Positions 10,932 through 21,828 of a stretch of 64,000 nt of DNA are shown here, one piece after another (the stretch's first letter is position 1; each line of letters opens with the position of its first letter). A program made the translations under genes and the position numbers. This DNA comes from Epithemia pelagica (taxonomy: Eukaryota; Protista; Bacillariophyta). A model generated the notes under the pieces. It was not told where the DNA came from, ran no database searches, and was given only the letters and a program-made list of their open reading frames with translations. The stretch spans positions 1,054,001 to 1,118,000 of the forward strand of contig OX337241.1 in the NCBI GenBank assembly GCA_946965045.2. The letters are read 5' to 3'.

Positions 10932-12371
10932 ATGGTGTGCTTGAAGACCCTTGCATGGCTAGTCGTTGCAGCCATTTGTGGAGTAGAAGGAGTAGACTCT
11001 TCCTCACGGCAAGAAAATGACGTATCGTTTCAAAGTGACCGACCAGCTTCTCATCTCTCGTTCGACAATGATGAAACGTTTGAAGGTCAAGAAATCAGAT
11101 GGAGGGAAGTCCTTGACAATGAAGAGTCTATAGCCGTGGGTGATGAAGAAAGCTACGTTGGTACAGATCGAGACCTAACGGGGGTGACATTTGACGATGA
11201 GTACATCGAAGAGTGTTATGACAACCTCCTTGATGCCGATGCTGATAACAACTCCCTTGTCGACGAAGAGGAATACGTCACGTTCATTAATACTCGATCA
11301 AATGGAATGGTGAATGCGTCCTCATTTGAATCACTTGATTGGTGGTTGGCCTACTATTTTTATTTCACAGAATGGAAGACGGATGGCAAAATTGATCTGA
11401 CGACGGGCAATGTGGCCGCCTTGAGAGCCACCGTCATTTACATTTGCACGTCCGTCCAAGACTGGTTGACTAGTAACACACAGGTACCCACTTTGTCGCC
11501 AACCGATGCATCCCTCAGTTTTGAGTCGTTGTTTGACTCACCAACGGTCCCTCCCGTCGGAACTCCATCCTATAGTCCAACCAGAGCTCCTTCGACCAAG
11601 CCGACGACGACGCCGTCGACGTCACCGTCGTCGAGCCCATCGAAAGCCCCAACTCTGGTAGTTGTCGAAGAAGAAAAACAGGCAGCAACTGTGGACGATA
11701 AAGGCGCACCTGGTGCCACCACTTCTGAAAACAGTACAAGTTTCCGGATTGGAATTCTTGCTTTGTTGTTGGTGCTCGTGATTGCAGGTGTGATCCTCCT
11801 TGTCGTCGCCATTCGCAGAAAACGACAAAAGGACAAGAATCTGCCGTATCACCTAGGCGAACTCGGAAGCGACGAAGCATCTTGTAACAGTGATGGTCGA
11901 GTGGGGGTCATGGAAAATATTGAAACTGGTGTATTGGCCGCAAGGGACGAGCGACGTGTCACCATGGTTGCCCCAGCCGGTGATTTGGGAATTGTCTTGG
12001 GTCGTGGTCAATCGACCAGTCGGAGTAATGCTTCCTCCCGTAGCCTGGGGCCCGTCGTGGTCCGTCGGGTAAATCCTTCATCACCGCTGCATGATGTCAT
12101 CCAAGTGGGAGACATTCTGGTCGAGATTGATGAGCTAAATACGTCCAATGTTTCAGCTCGGAGGGCAGGGGAGATTCTCCGATTGAAATCAGATCAACCA
12201 GAGAGATCCATCACGGTGCTCCGTCAGATTCCGATAGTGCATACACGACAAGACGAACCGATGCATGGAGACCAATGGGTGGAGTCCCGAGATCCTTTTG
12301 GTAGAATCTCGTTCTACAATGAGACCACAGGAGAAATGGCCTGGACACGTCCTCCATCTTCGAAACAATAG
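10932..12371 (+). CDS. Single-pass membrane protein: signal peptide, EF-hand-like domain, Ser/Thr/Pro stalk, TM, PDZ, WW
   Basis: Signal peptide; DADNNSLVDEEEY (EF-loop-like); TM IGILALLLVLVIAGVILLVVAI followed by RRKRQK; PDZ APAGDLGIVL...IQVGDILVEID; WW QWVESRDPFGRISFYNETTGEMAWTRP. Confidence 0.88.
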   Translation: MVCLKTLAWLVVAAICGVEGVDSSSRQENDVSFQSDRPASHLSFDNDETFEGQEIRWREVLDNEESIAVGDEESYVGTDRDLTGVTFDDEYIEECYDNLLDADADNNSLVDEEEYVTFINTRSNGMVNASSFESLDWWLAYYFYFTEWKTDGKIDLTTGNVAALRATVIYICTSVQDWLTSNTQVPTLSPTDASLSFESLFDSPTVPPVGTPSYSPTRAPSTKPTTTPSTSPSSSPSKAPTLVVVEEEKQAATVDDKGAPGATTSENSTSFRIGILALLLVLVIAGVILLVVAIRRKRQKDKNLPYHLGELGSDEASCNSDGRVGVMENIETGVLAARDERRVTMVAPAGDLGIVLGRGQSTSRSNASSRSLGPVVVRRVNPSSPLHDVIQVGDILVEIDELNTSNVSARRAGEILRLKSDQPERSITVLRQIPIVHTRQDEPMHGDQWVESRDPFGRISFYNETTGEMAWTRPPSSKQ

Positions 12372-12627
12372 AGATACCGTGTCGATAAAATAGATCTATC
12401 ATCTAGAACATCTAGAAGTGCAATATCTTCACAGCGGCGGTTGGACATAAATCCAACTTGGTGTCTCGCTTCTAGTTCTATGGCCTCGAATTTCTCATTG
12501 AGACTACAGGATCATCAGAAAACTCGTACAGGGCCGTATCGATACAACAGCTAGGTGAACAGTTCCGTTCACAGCTGAAGCTTAGTGTTGTTACGCGACG
12601 GAACAAACACACAAAGAACCAATGGTA

Positions 12628-14007
12628 CTACAAAACCGAACTACTCGACGGAGATTCTTTTGATCCTTTCCATTTCTTGAGCATAATCCAGCGGCACTTT
12701 TCCCAGTCGTAGAATTCCGGCCGATGTTCTCGGCACCCATGGTCCTCTTGCAAGTCAAGCGAGTTGTGCCATTCCATAATGTTCCGAATCATTCGATCCA
12801 GACCAACAGGTCCATTGGCAAACATGGGATCGTCCCCCATGTTTCGAACCAAAACTAGTAATTTGACACTGGATCCGAAATGAAAGCGAAACGGATGTGT
12901 TCGCTCCATTCCCATATCATTGCCGTGAACAAGGGGGTTCAAGAACAAGGTTTCGTCGTATCCATTCGGAAGCTTGAGGGCAATCACCTGAAACATGTTC
13001 GATTCGACGAGTTTGATCACCGCACTCGAAAATCTCCAAGGGACACGGCAGTCAACAATACACGGTGATGAGGGTTGGTACGACAGGGACTGAGCTGACA
13101 AGGACGGAGGAATAATGATATCGCTATCTTGATCCAATATTTGTTGTTGATACTGTGGTCCACCCCATGGTGGATCCAGAAACAAGAGGATGTCTTTGTT
13201 GGATTTTGGAGCTGAATCCCCTAGATTACCTGCAATGAAATCAATCAGGCAACCCGTTTTCACTCGGACCGTTTTTTGGACGGATGACGGTCGCTCGTGC
13301 TGCCATGTTTTCCAGAGCTCCACATTGGCCTGGAGCATGGATGCACGATCTGGATCGATTTCGACCGCCGTCACCGTATTCCAATATTTGAGAAATCCCA
13401 AGGTATTGCCTCCGATACCGGCCATGCCATCAATCACCACGTGGTCCGTCTTGCGATGAACAAAACAATGGAGTAACTTGGCTGTCCGAGTGGCTGCCCG
13501 CTCATGTGTTAGCGAGAAAACACCAACGCCATCGCATTGTATTTGACGGCGAAGATTCCATGGTAGACTTGGGAAGGCATGATCACGGACGGATCCAGCA
13601 CCAAGGCTAAACGTTGGGACAAACGCAACGAGCTGTGCGTAGTCAATGCCATTTTTGCTTTCGTCACGCAAATTCTTGTAATGAATGGGAATCTCAATCA
13701 CATGAGCAGATTCTTGAAGGGCTGTACACAAGTTAGAGACAGATTCAATGTCGACCTGGTCCGAGAAAATCACCTTGATAATTTCTCCCAGTCGCTGATG
13801 TGGATTGATGGTTACCTCGATTTTGTAGGGTCGTAGAGGCAACTTGCTGCTGCTTCGTGCCTCTCCATTGTCATCTGCAACATCTGGTGTCAGAGTCAAG
13901 AAAACCTCAAGCCTTTCTCTTACCAATTCATCAATCTGTTTGGCAACGGTGGATCGAGCCGTTCGGGGCAGCAGTGGTAGACCACCCACGAGGATGCATC
14001 GGCTCAT
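12628..14007 (-). CDS. RNA cap guanine-N2 methyltransferase (Tgs1/Tgs2 family, SAM-dependent)
   Basis: Motif I VVIDGMAGIGGNT, motif II AVEID, and the Tgs-family signature FLDPPWGGPQY. Confidence 0.82.
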   Translation of the reverse strand: MSRCILVGGLPLLPRTARSTVAKQIDELVRERLEVFLTLTPDVADDNGEARSSSKLPLRPYKIEVTINPHQRLGEIIKVIFSDQVDIESVSNLCTALQESAHVIEIPIHYKNLRDESKNGIDYAQLVAFVPTFSLGAGSVRDHAFPSLPWNLRRQIQCDGVGVFSLTHERAATRTAKLLHCFVHRKTDHVVIDGMAGIGGNTLGFLKYWNTVTAVEIDPDRASMLQANVELWKTWQHERPSSVQKTVRVKTGCLIDFIAGNLGDSAPKSNKDILLFLDPPWGGPQYQQQILDQDSDIIIPPSLSAQSLSYQPSSPCIVDCRVPWRFSSAVIKLVESNMFQVIALKLPNGYDETLFLNPLVHGNDMGMERTHPFRFHFGSSVKLLVLVRNMGDDPMFANGPVGLDRMIRNIMEWHNSLDLQEDHGCREHRPEFYDWEKCRWIMLKKWKGSKESPSSSSVL

Positions 14008-14265
14008 TGTTTGGGTGAACGGTGGGGGCAGAGATGTCAGGGCTACGGAACATTTAACTACCCAGGGGTAATGGGTCTTTTTTTAATCAAAAGAATCATT
14101 TATCTTTATGCACTCTTCCCGTTGAGATGTTGTCTCTACTCGTATGCAGAGTCCTTCTTGCCATCCCACCTACTAAATCGCCATCTGCCGTGCCAATGTA
14201 AGTGCTTTCGGGTAGGGCATCTTCGGGCATATATTGTGGCATCCGAGATCCGAGTCACCATGACC

Positions 14266-14295
14266 ATGGGATGGGATGGGATGGGATGGGATGGG
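14266..14295. repeat. (ATGGG)6 microsatellite
   Basis: Six perfect ATGGG units. Confidence 0.95.
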
Positions 14296-14378
14296 ACATA
14301 GGACCATTTCACTTTCTTGAACCAAGTATTTTCGGCCCTCCGTAACAGTTCGGACCAACACAACATTGAGAAAATACA

Positions 14379-16073
14379 GTGAGAGTGCTCAATCTCAACA
14401 AAACGAGCATGACTCCATGCCGTGGAATGCACGCGCAAAAACGACGTGAAGAACCAACTCTGGTCCACAGGAGAAAAATGAAAAAGAGCCAAAGGAGAAA
14501 TGCACTTGTGGTGATGATAACTGGTCCTTTGTTCTTTGCTCTGATAATGGCGATTGTGATTGTGTTGGTCGTACAAGGCATGTTACTTGGGACCCTTTTC
14601 CAGGCACAAATATTACCCCCGTACACAACGACACACCAACCATCATCCTTCACTACAGGAGAACAACAAGAAGAACTCCTCGTGCATAGCCTTCCAGAGT
14701 GGAAGCGGCGAGTGGTGGACCTACTTCGCCATCGCAAGAAGCAAAAGATTCCACAACTCGAGACCGAGGAGGCTTCTTTGGCGGAAACAGAATGGTTGCC
14801 ACCCCTGGAGGAGGAGGATGCGGCCCAGTGTGCGGAAACTTTGCATATTCCCTTTGTCATCATGGCGTTTCGACGCGTCGGATACATGAAACAAGCGATT
14901 GCGTCCATTCTGGCTTCGGATTTTCCTCACGAAACTGTCCCCATTGTAATTTCACACGATGGTCACGTTCCGGAAATGATGGAGTACATTCAATCTCTCC
15001 GCAACGATAGCAAACACAAGCTCGACATTATCCAACTAGTTCACCCGCATTCCTGCTATGAACATCCTCATTCTTTTCCAGGCAACGATACGAGTCTCAA
15101 CATTGGTTATGCGGGCGACAGTCAGGGCAACCCACGAAGTGCATGGGCCACGTGTTGCAAACACCATTTCACATGGATGATCAATACTGTTTTTAAAGAC
15201 GTTGAGGCCTTGCAAAAGTACGAGACCTTTTTCTTTTTGGAAGAAGATTACGTCGTTAGCCGAAGAATATACAGTTCTCTTTGCCATGGACTTGAAACCA
15301 TTGACCTCAAGGAACGTTCTATCCAAAATCGAGACAAGAAACTAGGGTCTGATTCTTTGCAAGAAAGCCATGCCGCAGAGAATGGTTTGGATGCACAAGT
15401 TTTCAAGACTGAAACCACCCTGGATGGATGGACCTTGCACCAAGCCATGACAGCACCAGAAGAAACCAACGAAAACGATATTGTCTTTTTTGGCATTGTC
15501 GGGGTGAATCCAGTCCACAAAATTAATCTCGTTTATACCAGTGGTGGTACCTTTCAATGGACCACACGAGTATTCCGGACAGGACCCATGACTTTGAGTC
15601 GATCCATGTTTCACAAGATTCAAGCGTCGTCCAACGAGTATTGCACCAAATACGATGAATACAACTGGGATTGGACCTTGCATCATCTCATGACAGATGG
15701 TCTCTTGCCCCAGGTTGTGTTGTTGCCTAAGCATTATCAGCTTGTCAAGCACATTGGTGTCGAGGGTATGCATGCATCGGAACATGTGGACCCCACACAG
15801 AAACAAGTTCATGATGAAAGTGGTTTGGACTTGTTCCTGTCGACACGGCGGACGCCAGGTCCTCCGAAGATGAATCTATTGCGAACATCGTTTCCCAGGC
15901 AGCCTGAACTCGACAAGGGGTTTGGTGGTTGGTTTCATCCCCGTGACATGGAACATTGTCTCTTAGTGTTTGGTCACAATGTATCGGAAGCGTCTCGCCT
16001 TGTACACATTGCCGAACAGGAACATGCGGAAATGGCCAAAAATCAAGAACAAGGCTTCATGAACCTGGCATAA
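14379..16073 (+). CDS. MGAT2: Beta-1,2-N-acetylglucosaminyltransferase II (GnT-II, GT16)
   Basis: Type II TM anchor; KHHFTWM, FFLEEDY, YDEYNWDWTL and GGWFHPRDMEHC match the GnT-II motifs KHHWWWK, FLEEDHY, YDDYNWDW and GGWGDIRDHELC. The exact start codon is uncertain. Confidence 0.85.
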   Translation: MRVLNLNKTSMTPCRGMHAQKRREEPTLVHRRKMKKSQRRNALVVMITGPLFFALIMAIVIVLVVQGMLLGTLFQAQILPPYTTTHQPSSFTTGEQQEELLVHSLPEWKRRVVDLLRHRKKQKIPQLETEEASLAETEWLPPLEEEDAAQCAETLHIPFVIMAFRRVGYMKQAIASILASDFPHETVPIVISHDGHVPEMMEYIQSLRNDSKHKLDIIQLVHPHSCYEHPHSFPGNDTSLNIGYAGDSQGNPRSAWATCCKHHFTWMINTVFKDVEALQKYETFFFLEEDYVVSRRIYSSLCHGLETIDLKERSIQNRDKKLGSDSLQESHAAENGLDAQVFKTETTLDGWTLHQAMTAPEETNENDIVFFGIVGVNPVHKINLVYTSGGTFQWTTRVFRTGPMTLSRSMFHKIQASSNEYCTKYDEYNWDWTLHHLMTDGLLPQVVLLPKHYQLVKHIGVEGMHASEHVDPTQKQVHDESGLDLFLSTRRTPGPPKMNLLRTSFPRQPELDKGFGGWFHPRDMEHCLLVFGHNVSEASRLVHIAEQEHAEMAKNQEQGFMNLA

Positions 16074-17326
16074 GACTAGCGGAGCCAAATGAATACACGA
16101 CCAAGGTCTACTGTACATCTAATATGCTCTCTTTTTCTGCACAAAGGGAAAGAGGAAATCAAGAGCTTTGTTTCCCATGCAGCTGACAACTGCTCCGAGA
16201 ATTTTCCAAACTTGAAGAGAAATCGAGGAGATGTCTTCTCTTGTTCTCTTGGGTACATCTTTCTTCCAAAAGATTGAATGTCCTGATGATGTACCTTTTC
16301 TTCTTTTAGATCTTTGGTGGTCCGATTGTTGTGATTGTGACTTGTCTCGACATGCAGAAAGAACCCCACAACTGCCTTGCTTGACTCACCTTCTATAACT
16401 GGTAGAAGAGTGCGGGTCGTGACCATCCCTACGATGGAGACAACGACGTACCTAAAGGGGTGTAACTCCTCTCTTCCTGTGGATAAAAGTGTCACAGAGG
16501 TGTTGGTGGTCGGTGGCAAACATTCAACGGCTCCCACCAAGATCACATTCACAAACGATCCATGGATGCCTCGTCGTTTCTTGTTGATGCGCAGCTTGTC
16601 CCTGGAAGCAGTGGCGGGAAACCAAACGGGAGATGAAAATGCTGGTTTACGCATTGTTCTATTCAAGGCCAGGGATAGAATCACAAGTGCGACAAGGTTT
16701 GGGAAGTGGCGCTGTTTTTCATTATGGTCAATTGCACTTGTTGCGAGATGGCAAATCCATGCGCAACACCGCTCAAATCTGGAATGTGCACTTAAGAATC
16801 CCGAAGAAGTAGTTGCATAATTACGTAATTGCATTCTCTTTCCCCTGCCGTGTTTGAAACCTGTTGGGGCCTCTTCACTCACGAGAATAGGACGACTGTC
16901 TTGCAGGGTTAACGGTCTCGATTCTCGATGGCAGCAACAACAAGACAACTTGCTGGTGACCTAGCCACCTGATGTTCTTCTGGTGATGAATCATGCTTTG
17001 CTTCAGCCTGCTGTTCTTCTAAATCATCGCCGCTCGTATGATTTCCAGTCGGGATCTTGTCTAACAATCCCTTGTCATCCTAAGCTACCTCTTGCTCCAT
17101 ATTCGTATGTTAGGGGGTAAGTTATCGGGTGCGCGGAGCATGGGCGGTGGGCGGAACAATGGTGAAATGCAGGAGAACAATAAATACTGGCCGTCCTCGC
17201 GCGCTCGCGCCGGCGACTCGACACCGGAGCAATCACTGTCTGTGTCTGTGCTGTCTGAGATTCGGAGAGTTTTCACACCTATTGCATCTTCATCACGTGA
17301 ACAGTGAGAGCACAAAGACTCCTAAC

Positions 17327-18736
17327 ATGATCCCCAAACCCATTCGATTCACTCTGATCGGTATGATTCTTTGCACCACCGTCTGGAGCTGGTGGATTCT
17401 CTTGAAGTTTCAAAGACAAACTCTGTCACAGGGCGCTTCTGCCGTAACACTCAGTATTGAAACTGAAGAGGTCAACAACAAGAAAGCAACGACCAACAAG
17501 TACACGGAACAGGAGATTCGTGAAAAGTGGTTAAATTTGCCTGAGAATAATCATCAAGACACGACAAGTATCCACCACAAGCAACAACGATTGGAATTGG
17601 TCCACATTCCAAAAACATCCGGATCGGCATTGGAAATTGCCGCCGCTAAAGCCGGTGTTCCCTGGTCTTTTTGCCATTTTCGGGTACGATTTCTCAACCA
17701 AGCATTGCCCTATCCCCTGCCACACAAGGTCTTTTGTCCCAACGACTCTTCCTTCTCCTCCAACACCTCGACGCAGCAGCAACACGAGTACTACTACAGG
17801 CAAATGGGTGGTAAGACGCCTTGGCATATCCCTCCCAGTTTCTTTCGGAACACAACCGACAAGCATATTTCGAACAACAGCAACAACAACACGACGATCC
17901 AGTTCTCCTTTCCTGGATCATTTTACGATCAATCTGCCTTGTTTGCCGTCGTACGGCATCCGTACGACCGCATGGTCAGTGAATTCAACTACATCCACCG
18001 ACGAGACTTGCGCGATGGAGGCAAACTGGCGAATGCTTCCGAGTCAGATCTCCGAACGGGCGTGAATGGGTGGCTGCAACAACGATTGACCCCGTATAAA
18101 GAGGAAGGATTCCTGCAGACTCTGCACACCGACACACAAAGGACCACCACCACTGCCCCTCTTAATTGGAACGGAGAAGGAAAGAGCTGCGCAACCAGTC
18201 GTCCATTCACACAAGAAAGCACCATCCATTCCCTACAGGTTGTGCCACTCGGACGGTCGTCTAGGTCCCGAGTTCCGAAAAAGTACCTGATCGACGATGG
18301 CCATTTCATTCCTCAAAGTCACTTTATCTTTCCATTGTCCATGACGATCAAAACTGACACGCGGACCACCAACGTCACTGAACCAGCCGTGAACAAGGAT
18401 ACCCATCTGTCGCAACCAGCGGAGACTCCTTGCATCACAACCACGACCACACACACAATTCAAACGGTTCGCATTCATCCAGCAACCAAGGACCCAGGTC
18501 AACGCTTGGTCCATCACGTTCTGTATCTGGAACAATTGTCGGAGGATTTGCCACGTCTCATGAACGCCTATAACTTGACGACGATTACCTTGACCAAACC
18601 ACCAACACAGAAAAAGAATTCCAAAACACAACAAGATGGACCACGTCTTTCCGCGTCCATGTTGACCACACCGACAAAACTGTTGATTCAACAAGTGTAT
18701 GCCGACGATTTTGCCGTGTTTGGTTACACACCCTGA
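17327..18736 (+). CDS. Golgi-type sulfotransferase (Sulfotransfer_2 family)
   Basis: N-terminal TM; 5'-PSB motif VHIPKTSGSALE; 3'-PB motif VVRHPYDRMVSEF; HFIPQ; C-terminal VYADDFAVFGY. Confidence 0.88.
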   Translation: MIPKPIRFTLIGMILCTTVWSWWILLKFQRQTLSQGASAVTLSIETEEVNNKKATTNKYTEQEIREKWLNLPENNHQDTTSIHHKQQRLELVHIPKTSGSALEIAAAKAGVPWSFCHFRVRFLNQALPYPLPHKVFCPNDSSFSSNTSTQQQHEYYYRQMGGKTPWHIPPSFFRNTTDKHISNNSNNNTTIQFSFPGSFYDQSALFAVVRHPYDRMVSEFNYIHRRDLRDGGKLANASESDLRTGVNGWLQQRLTPYKEEGFLQTLHTDTQRTTTTAPLNWNGEGKSCATSRPFTQESTIHSLQVVPLGRSSRSRVPKKYLIDDGHFIPQSHFIFPLSMTIKTDTRTTNVTEPAVNKDTHLSQPAETPCITTTTTHTIQTVRIHPATKDPGQRLVHHVLYLEQLSEDLPRLMNAYNLTTITLTKPPTQKKNSKTQQDGPRLSASMLTTPTKLLIQQVYADDFAVFGYTP

Positions 18737-19588
18737 AGGAGGAAAAACTGCAGAAATGATGTTGCAGTCATGAATGAACGAATGAATGAGACAGAACGCA
18801 ATCTGAAGTGACGAAAAAGATGGATCCGCTTTCTTGGGATGCCATGTGAAAGAGTTCCACAGAGACAATATCCGTACTGAAACTTATCTGGTGCACTGGT
18901 TTTCTTGTAGCAATAAAGTCGACACACGATGCCATAAACCATAAGAAGGTAGCGTTTGTAGAGGATGAAAAAGTGAGCATGTGTTTGTATATCCGTATGT
19001 TGTGAGGAGCATCAGATCGACGTCTCGCACGACTGCAGTTCCCAGTTCCAATGGCTCGTTGCTGGGGGTGTTTGGGAGACCCACGTGGCCCCTTGGGGAT
19101 ACGCCGGACCATCTGCTTCAGTCCCCTGTATTGATTCCCGAACGGTATTTCCATCTGGAATCTTTTTGCCTAGTACTCTTTTATGCACAGTACATTCCGC
19201 CTGACGGTCGTCCGCGTTGGGGAGTTTGAGGGACATTATTTTGGATTTGGGCGCACCTCTGTGCTTAAGTATTTTTGGGGAGAACGATGACGAAGGCATT
19301 CTCATTGTACCAGGTCGCGAACCGTGGAGTTGGTAGCGTACCAAATTTTTCGTCCATCCAAAAATTTAGATGCGTACGATGGCGCGTGGGCCAAACGATT
19401 CATCGCTCATTGTCATCGGACTTGAATGAGCCGCCTCCTCGAGGACCGTTGGCTACGGGGGGATGTGGACGAAAAATTTATTACCACTCTTTCTTTCCGG
19501 GCAATCGAAATCCAAACACAAAAGAAACTGTTTTTCGTTTGCTACTTGATTCGACACACCAAAAAAAGTGTGCACAGGAAGGGGGACC

Positions 19589-20827
19589 ATGAAAATGAAT
19601 CGCTTCTCTTTCGTTCTGGTTGTTTGCTGGTTGGCATTCGCCGCAGCCCATAACAAGAATGAGGAATCGTCGTCGTTGACCTCTTCCTCGGTACAGCAAG
19701 AAGAAAAAGAAGAAGAAGCATCCTGGGTGAACTTCTTTACAACCACGAGGAGTTCCCTTCCGTCTCTTTTCTCTGTCGACACACAAGCTTCGTTCGAGGA
19801 GAAGGAAACTGTTCCGGCAGTTGTCATTGGACGACAAGAAGATTCGATCGCCGCTCGCCGCCAAGCCTTGCAACTGTCAATCTTTGACAACGATGATCAT
19901 GAACAATGTTACGTAAATCTTTTGGAGGTGGATACTTCTGGAGATTCCAAAGTGTCCCAACAAGAATATTTGGATTTCATTTACGTGCAATCCAATGGCA
20001 TTATTGACAATGTCACGTATCCCTCCTTTGATACCTTGGACTTGAAATTGCGGGCCATTTATCACTTTTCCGAATGGGAGACGAATGGGCAAATTGATTT
20101 GACGACGGACGATCTGGACAAGTTGCGTGGCACTGTCATTTACATTTGCGACGCTGTGACCCTTCGCGTGACGGAATTGACGCCCACCGCGTCGCCCTCG
20201 GTCAGTGCCCTTCCTTCCCTGAGTCCCTCGTTGGCACCGTCCCCGCCGTCTGTCTCGCCCTCCCGGAATCCTTCCACCTCGCCTTCGGCCGTACCGACTC
20301 GACCGCCGACGGACGAAACGCAAGCACGCTCGTCCATTACTCAAGACGAGCCTTCGGAGGAGGACGACGACGGCAACGATTTCCCCCAGGGCTTGTTGCT
20401 GGCCATTTTGGCCATTGCCTGCGCCTTGTGTTTGATTTTGGCGCTCACGGTGCGACGCAAGCAGCAACTGATGAAGGAAGCCGCCGAAGAACAACGACGC
20501 GGCGATACCGGACACTTTCCCGTCTACAAGGCGCACCGAGATGGCGGCCTCGAAGATCCCAAGACGGAAGATTTGGAAGCCTCCCGGTACGAAGCCAGTG
20601 TGTTTGCCACCGCCGCCTCGATGATACAGGAAGAAACCAAAACGGAACCTCCCACTCCCGAGAAACGCGCTGGTCGATCGGCCCTGGCAGTAGAAGAGGT
20701 GGAGGATTGGGTGGAATCCAAAGATGCCTTTGGCAAAACAACCTACTACAACAAACAATCGGGAGAAGTGACCTGGGAACGTCCGCGTATTCTGGCCGAA
20801 TCCATTGTGCGAGGGAACTTTGACTAA
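19589..20827 (+). CDS. Single-pass membrane protein paralog (signal peptide, EF-hand-like domain, Ser/Pro stalk, TM, WW; no PDZ)
   Basis: DTSGDSKVSQQEYLDFI and WETNGQIDLTT match the 10932 paralog; TM GLLLAILAIACALCLILALTV; WW DWVESKDAFGKTTYYNKQSGEVTWERP. Confidence 0.85.
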   Translation: MKMNRFSFVLVVCWLAFAAAHNKNEESSSLTSSSVQQEEKEEEASWVNFFTTTRSSLPSLFSVDTQASFEEKETVPAVVIGRQEDSIAARRQALQLSIFDNDDHEQCYVNLLEVDTSGDSKVSQQEYLDFIYVQSNGIIDNVTYPSFDTLDLKLRAIYHFSEWETNGQIDLTTDDLDKLRGTVIYICDAVTLRVTELTPTASPSVSALPSLSPSLAPSPPSVSPSRNPSTSPSAVPTRPPTDETQARSSITQDEPSEEDDDGNDFPQGLLLAILAIACALCLILALTVRRKQQLMKEAAEEQRRGDTGHFPVYKAHRDGGLEDPKTEDLEASRYEASVFATAASMIQEETKTEPPTPEKRAGRSALAVEEVEDWVESKDAFGKTTYYNKQSGEVTWERPRILAESIVRGNFD

Positions 20828-21828
20828 CGAGTCACTCGTGAACTACCAACTACCAAGTGGTGTCGTTTGGCATACACGACAACAAGCCAACAATGTGAAA
20901 GAAGGACACCTTAGACAATGAGACTAGACATGTGGGGAGAGACAAACCAATATTACTTCGGGACGAGGGCGCTGCCAAACACTGGACGAGAGAGACGAAC
21001 GAGACCGCCAAACCAACTCTTTGTGTGCCTTTACATATCCAAACCTAGCTAATTTTGCATTACTACTCTAGAGAAAAGAGATATGATAGTATTTGTCATG
21101 GAGGCGGCATGCCGCTACCTCTGTTTCTCATGGTCGTTGGTCGTTCTTCCCCTCGTCTTTTCCTTGTACTCCCCGAAGTACACTAGCTATGAAAGGAGCC
21201 TGGTTATAGATCTTACAGAGTGTTCTATAAACAGAATTATCGCCAGATCTTTCCCGTTAAATACGAATCCGAACACCATCCGTTGAAAAATCGGTGGGCA
21301 CGACCATCAATGACCTTTACTCTGGAACAATTTGTACTAGATTTTCGCTGGACACGACACGTTGGTCATTCTGGACATAAGTAAGAACGAATGGTTCAAC
21401 CTGGTAGTATAGCGATTTGAGTACTAGGTAGGAACAGGAACTGTCACTGTTCACAAGGCTTCATGCCGTAAGTTTTTGATAGCCTCCTTCTCCTGTCATG
21501 TCCGATGTCCGATCAGACATACAACACGTCGGACAGACATATCATACGACAGACAGACGCTTGCGGACCTCGTACAGACAGATTCGTGACCCAACTCGGT
21601 ACGGGATCCCTTTTCTGCGACTCCAAGGGCGGTCATTTTGGTACGATCGCGTTTGTCACGACCGCGTCGCTGTGACTCCCCCAAAAACCTTTGCACCGTT
21701 ACGCAGATTGTAGGTAGCACAAACACACAAACGCAAACGGACACTTTTCCCCAAGTCGTTGGTCATTTTTTCTTGGCACGCACCCCACTTTTCTGTTCAA
21801 GTATGCAAATGACCGAGAGTAGGGACGA

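Noticed and set aside
3521-12371. The insulinase as dedicated processor of the neighbouring RXL proteins
   Set aside because: Only adjacency supports it, and no clear secretory signal is seen on the likely start of the peptidase.
16076-16948. 290-aa minus-strand ORF and overlapping 147-aa plus-strand ORF
   Set aside because: No recognisable motif or convincing start, so neither can be supported as a gene.
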